A stretch of DNA of 64,000 nt from a virus (IMGVR_UViG_3300050190_000059:1-64000), one strand, 5' to 3'; positions 6,597 through 15,222 are shown, numbered from the stretch's first letter. The notes: a model not told the origin generated them from the letters alone. Numbers and translations are program-made.

Positions 6597-6612
6597 CATC
6601 GAGGAGAAAAAC

Positions 6613-6750
6613 ATGAGCAAATCATGGAAGCAACCGAAGTGGAACACTGGGACACCGCAGGCGGCTATCGACCGTCTGCGCATGCAGGACGCCAAGTCAG
6701 AAATACGCGAGGCCTTAAGACCTCCGCAGGAGGCACCACGTGGACAGTAG
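6613..6750 (+). CDS. hypothetical small protein (45 aa)
   Basis: GAGGAGAAAAAC RBS. Preferred over the overlapping ORF 6624..6962, whose translation is T/S/R-rich. Confidence 0.45.
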   Translation: MSKSWKQPKWNTGTPQAAIDRLRMQDAKSEIREALRPPQEAPRGQ

Positions 6751-6973
6751 ACAGCGACAGGACTTGGACAACTATATCACCGGGCGCTACGGCGAGGACC
6801 AGTTCCGCAGCGATTTCTGGCCCGACTTATCCGCGCACCAAGAATATTGGGAGCACCGCAATCTCTCGGACGTCTATGAATACGACCCGACCGATGACGG
6901 TCCGGAAGTCGAGATCATCACCAGCATCCGTCTTAATTGCGATTCGACTGATTTCTTTTTAGACGTAGAGTGA
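6740..6973 (+). CDS. hypothetical acidic protein
   Basis: 77-aa ORF (GTG start). Composition looks protein-like. GTGA coupling to the next gene. Confidence 0.5.
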   Translation: MDSRQRQDLDNYITGRYGEDQFRSDFWPDLSAHQEYWEHRNLSDVYEYDPTDDGPEVEIITSIRLNCDSTDFFLDVE

Positions 6974-7425
6974 AAGAGCAAGCCAAAGAACGCGCGCGCG
7001 CCAAACGGCTGATGGATAGCTACAAGCTGACCATCGCGCAGTACGATATCATCTGGAATTTTCAAGGCGGCGTGTGTTACGCCTGCCGCCAGCCTGAGCC
7101 AGTCAAGGGTCGCCGTCTGTCTGTCGACCACTGTCACACGACCGGGTTGATACGCGGGCTGTTGTGCAGCCGCTGCAACCCAATCGTCGGCAAATTGGAA
7201 AACGCGTTCAAGCGTTACGGTCTGGGCAAGGTTACCGGGCTGGATGTTCAGATATTAGCCAGTCGTATCGCCACCTACTTGTGGGAACCGCCAGCCACTA
7301 AAGCGTTGGGCTACAATCACTTCGGATACTCGGGAAAAACTGGCACCAAGGCGCATCGCAAACGCCTGCGCAAAGAACGGAAAATGAATGACACCCGAGA
7401 GACACCTTTGGGTAGACTAATATGA
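6970..7425 (+). CDS. recombination endonuclease VII-family nuclease
   Basis: CYACRQ...LSVDHCHTTGLIRGLLCSRCNPIVG. Confidence 0.8.
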   Translation: MKEQAKERARAKRLMDSYKLTIAQYDIIWNFQGGVCYACRQPEPVKGRRLSVDHCHTTGLIRGLLCSRCNPIVGKLENAFKRYGLGKVTGLDVQILASRIATYLWEPPATKALGYNHFGYSGKTGTKAHRKRLRKERKMNDTRETPLGRLI

Positions 7426-7826
7426 GCAATCTTTGTGCTGGCGGACACAACATACGCTACGCTAAGTGCGGGAAGTGTAGAGGGAGCGAAATTATCGCCA
7501 CCACGCTCTATGACCACGCTAAACATCGCGCGAAACGAAGAGGGATGCCGTTCTCTATCACGAAGAAAGAGGTGTACGAACTAGTATTTAAAACTCACGC
7601 TGTTTGTCCTATCCTCGGTATACCTTTAGCGATACACAAGGGGCGTCAAGTTGATGGCTCTCCGTCGATAGACAGAATGGTAGACAAGCTGGGCTACGTC
7701 ACCGGAAACATTCGAGTAATTTCTTGGTTAGCGAATAAGATAAAGGGTGTAGCAACCGCAGATCATCTTTTAAAGGTAGCAAATTACGTGAAGGAAATTG
7801 AGGACGCGTCAGGAGCCAGTAAATGA
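7422..7826 (+). CDS. HNH/His-Me-finger endonuclease-like protein (DRID type)
   Basis: SPSIDRMVDKLGYVTGNIRVISWLANKIKG. Paralog of 754..1233. Confidence 0.55.
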   Translation: MSNLCAGGHNIRYAKCGKCRGSEIIATTLYDHAKHRAKRRGMPFSITKKEVYELVFKTHAVCPILGIPLAIHKGRQVDGSPSIDRMVDKLGYVTGNIRVISWLANKIKGVATADHLLKVANYVKEIEDASGASK

Positions 7827-8515
7827 CCACACCAACAGAAATACAGAATATCGAAACCAAGGCTGGCGTTTGGATAACTGCGCACCACGCCGTGCTCTAC
7901 ATTCTTTTAGCTGTCGCACTCCTCGCTGGCGTTTATATCTTTGAATCCAAGTACGCGGACATCGCGACCGCGAAGGCAAACGCGGCAGAGCAGGCCTTGG
8001 CCGTCGAAAAGGACCACAGCACTCAACTGGCGAATCTTTATGCGGCCAATCAGGCGCAGCGCGACAAGGACAACGCGGCCTTCTTGCTATCTATTTCTCA
8101 AACACAGGCACAAACAAGGGTCCAGATCATTCACGACAAGGCGTTGCCCGCTCCGGATTTAGGGCACCGCATCGAGACGATAACAGGATTCAAGCAGGGT
8201 ACTATAACGCTCGATGCCTCTCAAGATTTAATCGTGCCGTTGCCGCTGGCCGTCGACATAGTCACCAGATTAGATCAGGGTATGGCGGACGCGCAAACAG
8301 TTGTGCAGCAAGCGGGCATAATTAAAAACCAAGCCGGGACAATCGCCGACCAGATCGCGATAATCGCAGAGGATAAGAAAGTTTTGACGGCGCAAATCGA
8401 CACCGACGACAGGGTATTGAAAGCAGAGAAGGCGAATGCACGCAAGGGCAAGTTGAAGTGGTTTGGTATCGGATTCGTTGCTGGATTTATTAGCCGGGAG
8501 GTTATCAAGCCATGA
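7823..8515 (+). CDS. membrane-anchored coiled-coil protein
   Basis: N-terminal TM (AVLYILLAVALLAGVYIF), a long A/Q-rich helical region and a C-terminal hydrophobic WFGIGFVAGFI. Confidence 0.65.
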   Translation: MTTPTEIQNIETKAGVWITAHHAVLYILLAVALLAGVYIFESKYADIATAKANAAEQALAVEKDHSTQLANLYAANQAQRDKDNAAFLLSISQTQAQTRVQIIHDKALPAPDLGHRIETITGFKQGTITLDASQDLIVPLPLAVDIVTRLDQGMADAQTVVQQAGIIKNQAGTIADQIAIIAEDKKVLTAQIDTDDRVLKAEKANARKGKLKWFGIGFVAGFISREVIKP

Positions 8516-10122
8516 ACGTATCAAAGGCAGAGCGCGTATCACCTGAACTCGTAGAAGCTGAGTACGAAGCGAACGGCGGCAACATCCGCGCGACGGCGGC
8601 AGCGTTAGGCATCGAGCGTTCGACAGTCCGCGCCAAGCTGGCCCTTCTAGGCAAGAAGGATAAACCGTTGGCCGCTGGCTCCGAAGAGGGAACGAAGACC
8701 GTCAAATTAAAGTTGCCAGCGAAAGGTAAGGTCTCGCGCTACATCCTGACGTCCGCGCAGAACAACACGTACGTTCACGAATCAGCGTGGGAGAATCTTC
8801 TATCACTCGCAGAACACTACGACGCCGATATCATTGTCGGCACCTTCACGTATAATCAGAACGCATACGGCAAGTTGAGTGTGAAGCGCGGCAAGGATAA
8901 GAGCGCGCAACAGACATTGTGGTATGACCCGAAGTTGACCGAATACATTCGCGACGAACGCGTCGAACTGGCGAACGGTTTGGTGTGGTGCGGCGAGATG
9001 AACATCCTGCCGACCGCCGTGAACCCGCTGGCCGGACTCGATAGTTACACGCAGCGTAAGAGCGCAATCTTCCCCCACGCGAAGTTGGCGGTGCGCAGCA
9101 TCGCAACGATGCAAGGCGAGGGCGTCAAACTGAATTACACCACGGGCACCGTTACCCAGCGCAACTACATTCAGAAACGCGAGGGCGTGATCGCCGAGTT
9201 TCATCATATCTACGGCGGCCTACTCGTCGAGGTTAACAGTGATGGTAATTGGTGGGTCCGTCAACTGAACCAAGACGGCGAGCAAGGCGCGATTCAGGAC
9301 CTAGGCGTCGTAGTGAAGGACGGCAAGGTTACCACTGGCAACCGCGTCGAGGCCATCACCTTCGGTGACCTGCACGGCACGTTCGCTGACCCGGTTGTCG
9401 TCAAGGCGTCGCTCGATATGCTCGACACGTTGCAGCCGAGGTATCAATTCCTTCATGATGTGATGGAAGGTGTCAGCATCAATCCCCACGTTCGCAAGCA
9501 CAACGATAACCACGCTAAGTTCTCCACATACCTGCGCGGGTACGGCACACTAAGCGCGGAACTGCGCGACACCGTTGCGCTGCTCGATTCATTCACGCGT
9601 AAGTTTTCCAGCACGGTCATCATCGACTCAAACCACGACGACGCGTGGATTCAAAAGTGGCTGCGTGAGTATGACTACCGGAAGGACCCGGCCAACGCAG
9701 AACTATTCTTGGATTTACAAGCTTTCATGTACATCGAACTCCGCAAAGGTAAGATGCCTCGCGACATCAGCGTAATCGAAGAGGCTATGAGTAAAATAGG
9801 TTATAAGAAGGCTAAGTTCCTCCGCGCTGATGAATCGTTCCTTATCTGTGGTCGCAAGATCGAATGCGGGATGCACGGGCACCTCGGGCCGGGTGGTCGC
9901 CGTGGTTCGCCTGAAAATCTCAGCAAAATGGGGAGACGAGCAAATACTTGCCACACGCACTCAACAGGAATTTTTAACGGTTTATATGTGGGTGGCACAA
10001 GCAGCAAGTTGCGCTGGGATTACGCGACCGGACCCAGTGCATGGACTAACACACACATCGTCACCTACCCGAACGGCAAGCGCACGCTGGTGACAATCTA
10101 CAACGGGAAGTGGAGCGCATAA
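8512..10122 (+). CDS. HTH + calcineurin-like metallophosphoesterase domain protein
   Basis: N-terminal HTH (GNIRATAAALGIERSTVRAKL). C-terminal half has FGDLHG, IIDSNHDD, GMHGHLG and CHTHS motifs. Confidence 0.65.
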   Translation: MNVSKAERVSPELVEAEYEANGGNIRATAAALGIERSTVRAKLALLGKKDKPLAAGSEEGTKTVKLKLPAKGKVSRYILTSAQNNTYVHESAWENLLSLAEHYDADIIVGTFTYNQNAYGKLSVKRGKDKSAQQTLWYDPKLTEYIRDERVELANGLVWCGEMNILPTAVNPLAGLDSYTQRKSAIFPHAKLAVRSIATMQGEGVKLNYTTGTVTQRNYIQKREGVIAEFHHIYGGLLVEVNSDGNWWVRQLNQDGEQGAIQDLGVVVKDGKVTTGNRVEAITFGDLHGTFADPVVVKASLDMLDTLQPRYQFLHDVMEGVSINPHVRKHNDNHAKFSTYLRGYGTLSAELRDTVALLDSFTRKFSSTVIIDSNHDDAWIQKWLREYDYRKDPANAELFLDLQAFMYIELRKGKMPRDISVIEEAMSKIGYKKAKFLRADESFLICGRKIECGMHGHLGPGGRRGSPENLSKMGRRANTCHTHSTGIFNGLYVGGTSSKLRWDYATGPSAWTNTHIVTYPNGKRTLVTIYNGKWSA

Positions 10123-10316
10123 TGATAAAAGGTAAACGCACAGTTGCACAAACTAAAAAGGCTTTCCAAAAAGCTATGGACCTTTTTTGGATTTATCATC
10201 CCAACGCAGACGACGAGAGATTTCAAACTTTCAGAAACAGATGGAATAAAAAATTTTTCCAAGCGAGTGATTTCACGAGCATCGGGGACTTGCTAAAAGT
10301 TGAAAATAACGCTTGA
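10122..10316 (+). CDS. hypothetical protein
   Basis: TAATG coupling. Internal ATG of ORF 10110..10316. Confidence 0.55.
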   Translation: MIKGKRTVAQTKKAFQKAMDLFWIYHPNADDERFQTFRNRWNKKFFQASDFTSIGDLLKVENNA

Positions 10317-10341
10317 CAACTCGGCAACGGCGTGGTAGTCT
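10313..10341 (+). promoter_or_regulatory. promoter, extended -10
   Basis: TTGACA (10313-10318), 17 nt, TGG TAGTCT (-10 at 10336-10341). Confidence 0.55.
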
Positions 10342-10363
10342 ATCTTACAGAGAGCGAGGAACC

Positions 10364-12271
10364 ATGAAAACGAAAACGCTACAACTGAAAGAGATCAAAC
10401 CGAACCCGTTCCGCGACTTCGAACAGAACCCGCTGGACGAGAAACAAATCGAAGGCCTAGTGGAGTCTATAGGGACCGTCGGGAAGAGGGGGATTTTGGA
10501 AGTTCGTCTTAACGATGATGATAAACCGGAGCTAGTGTCCGGCCATCATTTGTTGGAGGCTCTTAAGCGTGTTTACTCTGGCACCAAAGAACTAGATTTC
10601 GCTATCGTAGATTTTACAGACGGCAAAATGATTCAGTGGATGGCTCGCGAGAACCTGACACAGCGCGGCCCGTCCCCCGCCGAACTTTTTGAGGCGATCA
10701 AGGCAGCCGTTGCAGCGCACGGCTCCGGCAAGATCGGCAAGGACGAGATGCCCTTTCCCCCGGGTACCGACCCTAAGTTAGTTAGATTTGCTCCGAAATA
10801 TACAGCCGGGACTGCCGCAGTCCCGGTTGGAGATTCGCCAGAGGCCCGCGCAGCCCGTGCAGCATTTTCTAAAGAAATCGCCGAAAAGAACGAGCGTCAC
10901 GCATTCACTGTAGAAGCGTTGGCGAAATTTTTGGGTCTCGTAAAACAGGAGTCGCAACGTCCGAAGGACAGCTTCGTCGCCGCATTCGGCGCGCTCGAAC
11001 TCGTCTCGGAAGGGTACCTGACAGAAGCACGCACTAAGGGATTGGATGTTCGCAAACTTGGCGAGGTCGTAGCTGTTGTTAAAAAGCAGCGCGAAGCGGT
11101 TATTGCTGAATCGAAACGACTCGCAGCGGAGATCGAAGCGCGGAGACTGGAGGTTGTTCGTAAGGCCGAGGAATTGAAGAAACAGCAAGCCGAGGCAGAG
11201 GCTAAACGAGTGGCCGCTGTCGAAGCAGAGCGTCTCGCAGCGATCAAACGGGCAGAAGAGAAGGCCAAGCACGACGCGGAGGAGGCTGTCCGTCGCGCCG
11301 CAGAAGAGAAGCGCAAGAAAGCAGAGGCGGAACAACGCGCTATCGCCGAAGCCAAGCGTAAGGACGAAGAGGAGAAGTTACGCAAGGCCCGTGAAGCGCA
11401 GCGCGTCGAGGCAGAACGTCAGCGCATTGAGGCCGACCGGGTGCGGCAAATCGCGCTCGCTAAGGCTAAGAAGGAAGAGGACGAGGCCAAGGCAGAGAAG
11501 ATGCGCAAGGACGCGGAGGCCGCGAAGGTACGGGCTGAAGCAGAGGCCAAGCGAAAGGAAGAGGCCGCCCGACAGGCTGAGATCGCCGCCAAGAAACGGG
11601 AAGCAGACGAAAAGGAACGCCAAGCACAGGCCGCTAAGAAACGGGCCGAAGACGAGGCGCGTCAAGCCGCACAGCGCAAGGCGCAACAAGAGGCCGCTGC
11701 CCGTGAAGAGATAAAGCGAGTCGAGGAAGCGAGACGCAAGGCAGAGGTCGCCAAGCTGGCGGCAGCGGAGGCCGACCGTAAGAAGCAAGCGGAGATCGCC
11801 GCAGCCCAAGCCGAAGCCAAACGAAAAGATGCTGCTGCTAAGAAGGAAGAGGCCGAAAGAAAGGCCGACGCCAAAGAGGTGGCGGATAAGTTAGCGGAAG
11901 AGGCTAAACTAAAGACCACGAACCGAGATGATATCCGAGACATAGGCCGCCGCCGCGCGGAAGAAAAGGCGGCAGAGACGGGTCGTCGAGCACCGATACC
12001 CAATCCTGCGCCCCCGTCCGGAGTGGATGCGGATGAGTTTCGGAAATTTTTGGAGGATTTGAAGAAAGCGCACGCCGCTGGCACAACGGCCCGAGTTCTT
12101 CGCAATGTTCCAGAAGAGGTAGTTCAGATGGCGAAGCAGTGGGTAGAGTTCAGTTATCGAGAATTTGCAAAGAAGAAACATCCCGATCACGGGGGTACGC
12201 AGAGAGAAATGCAACTCATCAATGCGACCGCGTCGTGGTTGAGAGGCATAATAGAGGAGAAAAACAGATGA
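10364..12271 (+). CDS. ParB/Srx-like N-terminal domain + ~300-aa E/K/R/A-rich helix + C-terminal J-domain (HPD) fusion protein
   Basis: LKEIKPNPFRDFEQNPLDEKQIEGLVESIG...LVSGHHLLEAL (ParB-like). About residues 270-560 are uninterrupted AEAKRK-type charged sequence. C-terminal YREFAKKKHPDHGGTQREMQLINATASWLR is a J-domain helix II-HPD-helix III. Confidence 0.75.
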   Translation: MKTKTLQLKEIKPNPFRDFEQNPLDEKQIEGLVESIGTVGKRGILEVRLNDDDKPELVSGHHLLEALKRVYSGTKELDFAIVDFTDGKMIQWMARENLTQRGPSPAELFEAIKAAVAAHGSGKIGKDEMPFPPGTDPKLVRFAPKYTAGTAAVPVGDSPEARAARAAFSKEIAEKNERHAFTVEALAKFLGLVKQESQRPKDSFVAAFGALELVSEGYLTEARTKGLDVRKLGEVVAVVKKQREAVIAESKRLAAEIEARRLEVVRKAEELKKQQAEAEAKRVAAVEAERLAAIKRAEEKAKHDAEEAVRRAAEEKRKKAEAEQRAIAEAKRKDEEEKLRKAREAQRVEAERQRIEADRVRQIALAKAKKEEDEAKAEKMRKDAEAAKVRAEAEAKRKEEAARQAEIAAKKREADEKERQAQAAKKRAEDEARQAAQRKAQQEAAAREEIKRVEEARRKAEVAKLAAAEADRKKQAEIAAAQAEAKRKDAAAKKEEAERKADAKEVADKLAEEAKLKTTNRDDIRDIGRRRAEEKAAETGRRAPIPNPAPPSGVDADEFRKFLEDLKKAHAAGTTARVLRNVPEEVVQMAKQWVEFSYREFAKKKHPDHGGTQREMQLINATASWLRGIIEEKNR

Positions 12272-12888
12272 GCAAAAATATTCTTACGGTTCATAGTCCA
12301 GAAATCCGGCAATTCGCTCAAATTCTTTGTCCGGGCAAAACCTTGACAGCGTTCGACGTGAATCTCGCGCTGATGATTTATAAACTCAAAAGGGAGGTCG
12401 GTTCGGACCCGGGAGAGGGCACATTTACGTTTGTACAGATTGCCAAGCTACTCAACTCCAATTACCACGACGAGGGACCCAACACTAAGAAGGGACTCAA
12501 GAAGGACGTTAAGAAATACGCCGCCCGTCTAACTGATATGTCTGCAAACAGCAGGGGGCCATCAGCTATCGGGATAGTGATGTTTACTGATGAAACATAC
12601 AGCCTCTGGCGTCGGGGCGACGCGACCGTCGCGGAGGTGGTTAAAACTTACCGACCGGGATTGCCTTACACCCGGGTCGGGGTATTTGGAAACGTGAATG
12701 GTGAGTACATTCTGGGCTGGGTCGCCGTTCAACGACGCAAGGGACGGGGATTAGATAACCGGGGCATCGAGAGAGAACAAGGATTTGATGCTGCTGGTTT
12801 GCTCACCAGTGACACAAAGGAAGCTGTGGGTCGGCTTTTGGGGATTTCTGCCGCGCCGAAGTTACCCGAACTGTCCCCAGTGGATTAA
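12268..12888 (+). CDS. hypothetical protein
   Basis: ATGA coupling. 206 aa. Confidence 0.65.
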   Translation: MSKNILTVHSPEIRQFAQILCPGKTLTAFDVNLALMIYKLKREVGSDPGEGTFTFVQIAKLLNSNYHDEGPNTKKGLKKDVKKYAARLTDMSANSRGPSAIGIVMFTDETYSLWRRGDATVAEVVKTYRPGLPYTRVGVFGNVNGEYILGWVAVQRRKGRGLDNRGIEREQGFDAAGLLTSDTKEAVGRLLGISAAPKLPELSPVD

Positions 12889-12889
12889 T

Positions 12890-13165
12890 ATGGCCGAAAC
12901 CCACAATCTGAAACCTGACCCAGAAATGGTTAAGGCTCTCCCTATGATGCTCCAACTTCTCAATAACCCTTCGTTCGTCAAGCACGCGCGCGGCCAAGGG
13001 TATGAGTTCGACATACAATCCATCTGGAGGGCATACGTGAGCACACTAACGTATACGCCTACGCTACCCATTAAAACCACCGGGATACAGTCTGTCAAAC
13101 GAACTAAGCCGCGCTTGACAGCATCCGACTTCGTGATGCTTCGAGAAATGGGGATAAGATTATGA
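12890..13165 (+). CDS. hypothetical protein
   Basis: Internal ATG of ORF 12785..13165, immediately after the upstream stop. Confidence 0.6.
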   Translation: MAETHNLKPDPEMVKALPMMLQLLNNPSFVKHARGQGYEFDIQSIWRAYVSTLTYTPTLPIKTTGIQSVKRTKPRLTASDFVMLREMGIRL

Positions 13166-13353
13166 CCGAAACCCGCAAGCCGAAACGCGACATGAAACCG
13201 AAGCACGTCATCTACATCAACACCTCGTTGGCGTGCAGCCGCTGCCCGGTTGAGTGGTTCGTGGTCGACCTGAACCCCGAACTCAAGGCCGTGAAGTGCC
13301 CGCGATGCGGGGAGTATAACGACATCCGCGAAGCAATCAAGAGGGCAGCATGA
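13162..13353 (+). CDS. zinc-ribbon protein
   Basis: CSRCPVEW...CPRCGEYN. ATGA coupling. Confidence 0.65.
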   Translation: MTETRKPKRDMKPKHVIYINTSLACSRCPVEWFVVDLNPELKAVKCPRCGEYNDIREAIKRAA

Positions 13354-14045
13354 CACAACTAATCATAGGACTCGGCAACAAGGCGCGCCACGGTAAAGAC
13401 TCGTTCGCGCTCGCCATCGACATCTACTACGCCAAGATCAACGCGACCGCGCTGAAGCACAGCATGCACATGAATCCCGTAGTCGCGCAGCGTCACGCGT
13501 TCGCCGACGCGCTGTATAAGGAAGTCAACGACCAGATTAAAGATGGCGGGTCCATCTGGACCACGCGAACAGTGTACACCGCTTTTGGCACTTGCGCATT
13601 CGAGGCCACACCGTTACCAGAATGGGTTCAACCGGACCCGAATCCGGAGGTCAGCGAGCGTTCGCCATACGGCAAGCACCCGAAGCTGTTGCAATGGTGG
13701 GGCACCGAGTTCCGCCGCGCGCAGAACCCGAACTACTGGGTGGACAAGTTCGTGGCCGGGATAAATTCGAAGGCCGACATCGTGTTGGTCACTGATATGC
13801 GCTTCTTAAACGAGGCCGAAAGGATTAAGCAACTTGGCGGGTACACCGTGCAAGTGAATCGGTTAAACGCGGACGGTACGCCGTTCGTCGACACCGCGCG
13901 GCCAGCGAATCACGTGAGCGAGATTCAGTTGGACGGCTACAACTACGATTACAAGATCACCGTGAAGACCGGGGACCTGCCGCTGCTGGAAGAGTGGGCG
14001 ATCACCCTCGTCAGTTTTCTACGCGGCTGGAAAGGGAAACGATGA
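13350..14045 (+). CDS. deoxynucleoside monophosphate kinase-like P-loop protein
   Basis: IIGLGNKARHGKDSFA (degenerate Walker A), WWGTEFRR and VLVTDMRFLNEAERIKQLGGYTVQVNR resemble the phage dNMP kinase family. Confidence 0.55.
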   Translation: MTQLIIGLGNKARHGKDSFALAIDIYYAKINATALKHSMHMNPVVAQRHAFADALYKEVNDQIKDGGSIWTTRTVYTAFGTCAFEATPLPEWVQPDPNPEVSERSPYGKHPKLLQWWGTEFRRAQNPNYWVDKFVAGINSKADIVLVTDMRFLNEAERIKQLGGYTVQVNRLNADGTPFVDTARPANHVSEIQLDGYNYDYKITVKTGDLPLLEEWAITLVSFLRGWKGKR

Positions 14046-14593
14046 GCCAAGCGACGATTGTTACCTCGACTGGATTGTGTTTCGATATCCTCGAACCCAC
14101 CTTGGACATGGTGTGCATCGAGGACATCGCGCACTCGCTCAGTCAGGTCAATCGTTTCACCGGGCACGGCAAGTTCCCGTACCCAGTGAGTCAGCACTCA
14201 CGTCTCGGTAGTTACTTGGTGCCGATGAAGTACGCGCTGCGATTTCTTTTGCACGACGGCAGCGAGGCCTACATAGGCGACATGAACCGACCGCTGAAGC
14301 ACTTCACCACGGCGGGAGAAGAGTACCGCAAGGTCGAGGCACCGATTCAGTATTTGATTTACCGAAAGTTTGGGTTATCACCAGAGGACCCAGAGATAAT
14401 CCACGAGATCGACAACCAGATGTTGTACGCGGAGAAGGCTCAGATCATGCCCGCAACTGAGTGGCGAAACAAGTGGAGTACGGACCAGAAAGCCGCCGAC
14501 GTGAAGATCGTCGAGACATCCTTTCGATTGAACAAAGCACTGTTCCTCGATAGGTTTTATTTCGTTCGGAATTTCGGCGGACCACAAATTTAA
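14042..14593 (+). CDS. HD-domain phosphohydrolase (YfbR-like 5'-deoxynucleotidase)
   Basis: IAHSLSQVNRFTGH...VSQHS...LLHDGSEAYIGDMNRPLK (H..HD..D). Confidence 0.7.
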   Translation: MSQATIVTSTGLCFDILEPTLDMVCIEDIAHSLSQVNRFTGHGKFPYPVSQHSRLGSYLVPMKYALRFLLHDGSEAYIGDMNRPLKHFTTAGEEYRKVEAPIQYLIYRKFGLSPEDPEIIHEIDNQMLYAEKAQIMPATEWRNKWSTDQKAADVKIVETSFRLNKALFLDRFYFVRNFGGPQI

Positions 14594-14605
14594 AGGAGAA
14601 AGAAA

Positions 14606-14962
14606 ATGCCAATTATCGACACAGCAATTCGCAGTATCTCGTGTGACGGGCCGGAGTGTAACAAGGCCGTGTTATTCGACCGTAAGGACGAGAAGACGAC
14701 GTTTGAACTTCCCGAGAACGTGTGGTTGAGAGCGACACGGGTAACGCAAACCGCCGACGGGCGCAACAAGGTGTACTGCTCTGACGTCTGCGAAGTGAAA
14801 GGCGTAGGCACGGGCACACACAACATTCCGGAGGCACCGAAGGTAATCCCAGCCGGAAACGCCGCGACCATCATGGCCGCTGCGCATGCCGCAGCCGCCG
14901 CGAAGAACGCCGACGCAGCCATCCGCGCAGGCGAGCCAACTAAAGTCCAGTTGACCGACTAA
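14606..14962 (+). CDS. hypothetical protein
   Basis: 118-aa ORF. AAAGGAGAAAG RBS. Confidence 0.7.
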   Translation: MPIIDTAIRSISCDGPECNKAVLFDRKDEKTTFELPENVWLRATRVTQTADGRNKVYCSDVCEVKGVGTGTHNIPEAPKVIPAGNAATIMAAAHAAAAAKNADAAIRAGEPTKVQLTD

Positions 14963-15222
14963 TGTGCGGGCCGCAAAAAGATTTTGAGAAGTTCATGCCC
15001 GACGACGTAGAGGACTTCGAGAAGTGCACGCACGGTGTCAGTCTAAATAAGGACTGCCTCACGTGCGACGAGGAGTATGGCGACGACCTTATCTGCGATC
15101 ACGACACCGAACCAACTGGTGAGCGCGACGAAGAGGGCCGCAAGATCACGAAGTGCAAACACTGTTCGAAAGAGTTCGTGAAGCTGTACTCCGGAAGAAA
15201 ACGCGATGCAGCAGATAATTAA
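14962..15222 (+). CDS. Cys-rich acidic hypothetical protein
   Basis: 86-aa ORF. CLTCDEE...CKHCSKE. Confidence 0.6.
   Translation: MCGPQKDFEKFMPDDVEDFEKCTHGVSLNKDCLTCDEEYGDDLICDHDTEPTGERDEEGRKITKCKHCSKEFVKLYSGRKRDAADN

Noticed and set aside
6444-6600. tRNA, tmRNA or a known riboswitch in the non-coding gap
   Set aside because: No cloverleaf with a T-loop (GTTCRANYC) or acceptor/CCA geometry could be drawn. By-eye comparison with the glnA RNA, ykkC, GEMM, preQ1 and ZTP consensus cores failed. It is kept only as an unclassified structured RNA.
6624-6962. 112-aa ORF overlapping the 6613..6750 and 6740..6973 genes
   Set aside because: The translation is T/S/R/A-rich and does not look protein-like, and the ORF lacks an RBS. 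The two alternative-frame ORFs have a strong SD and coupling, with normal composition.
10778-12105. Four long antisense ORFs (10778..11335, 10897..11385, 11378..11809, 11662..12105) and the + strand alternative-frame ORF 11391..11714
   Set aside because: All lie within the GC-rich, codon-repetitive A/E/K/R spacer of the ParB-J gene. Their translations are low-complexity (S/A/R/L/F) and they have no start signals. They are artefacts of repetitive GAA/GCN/AAG codons.
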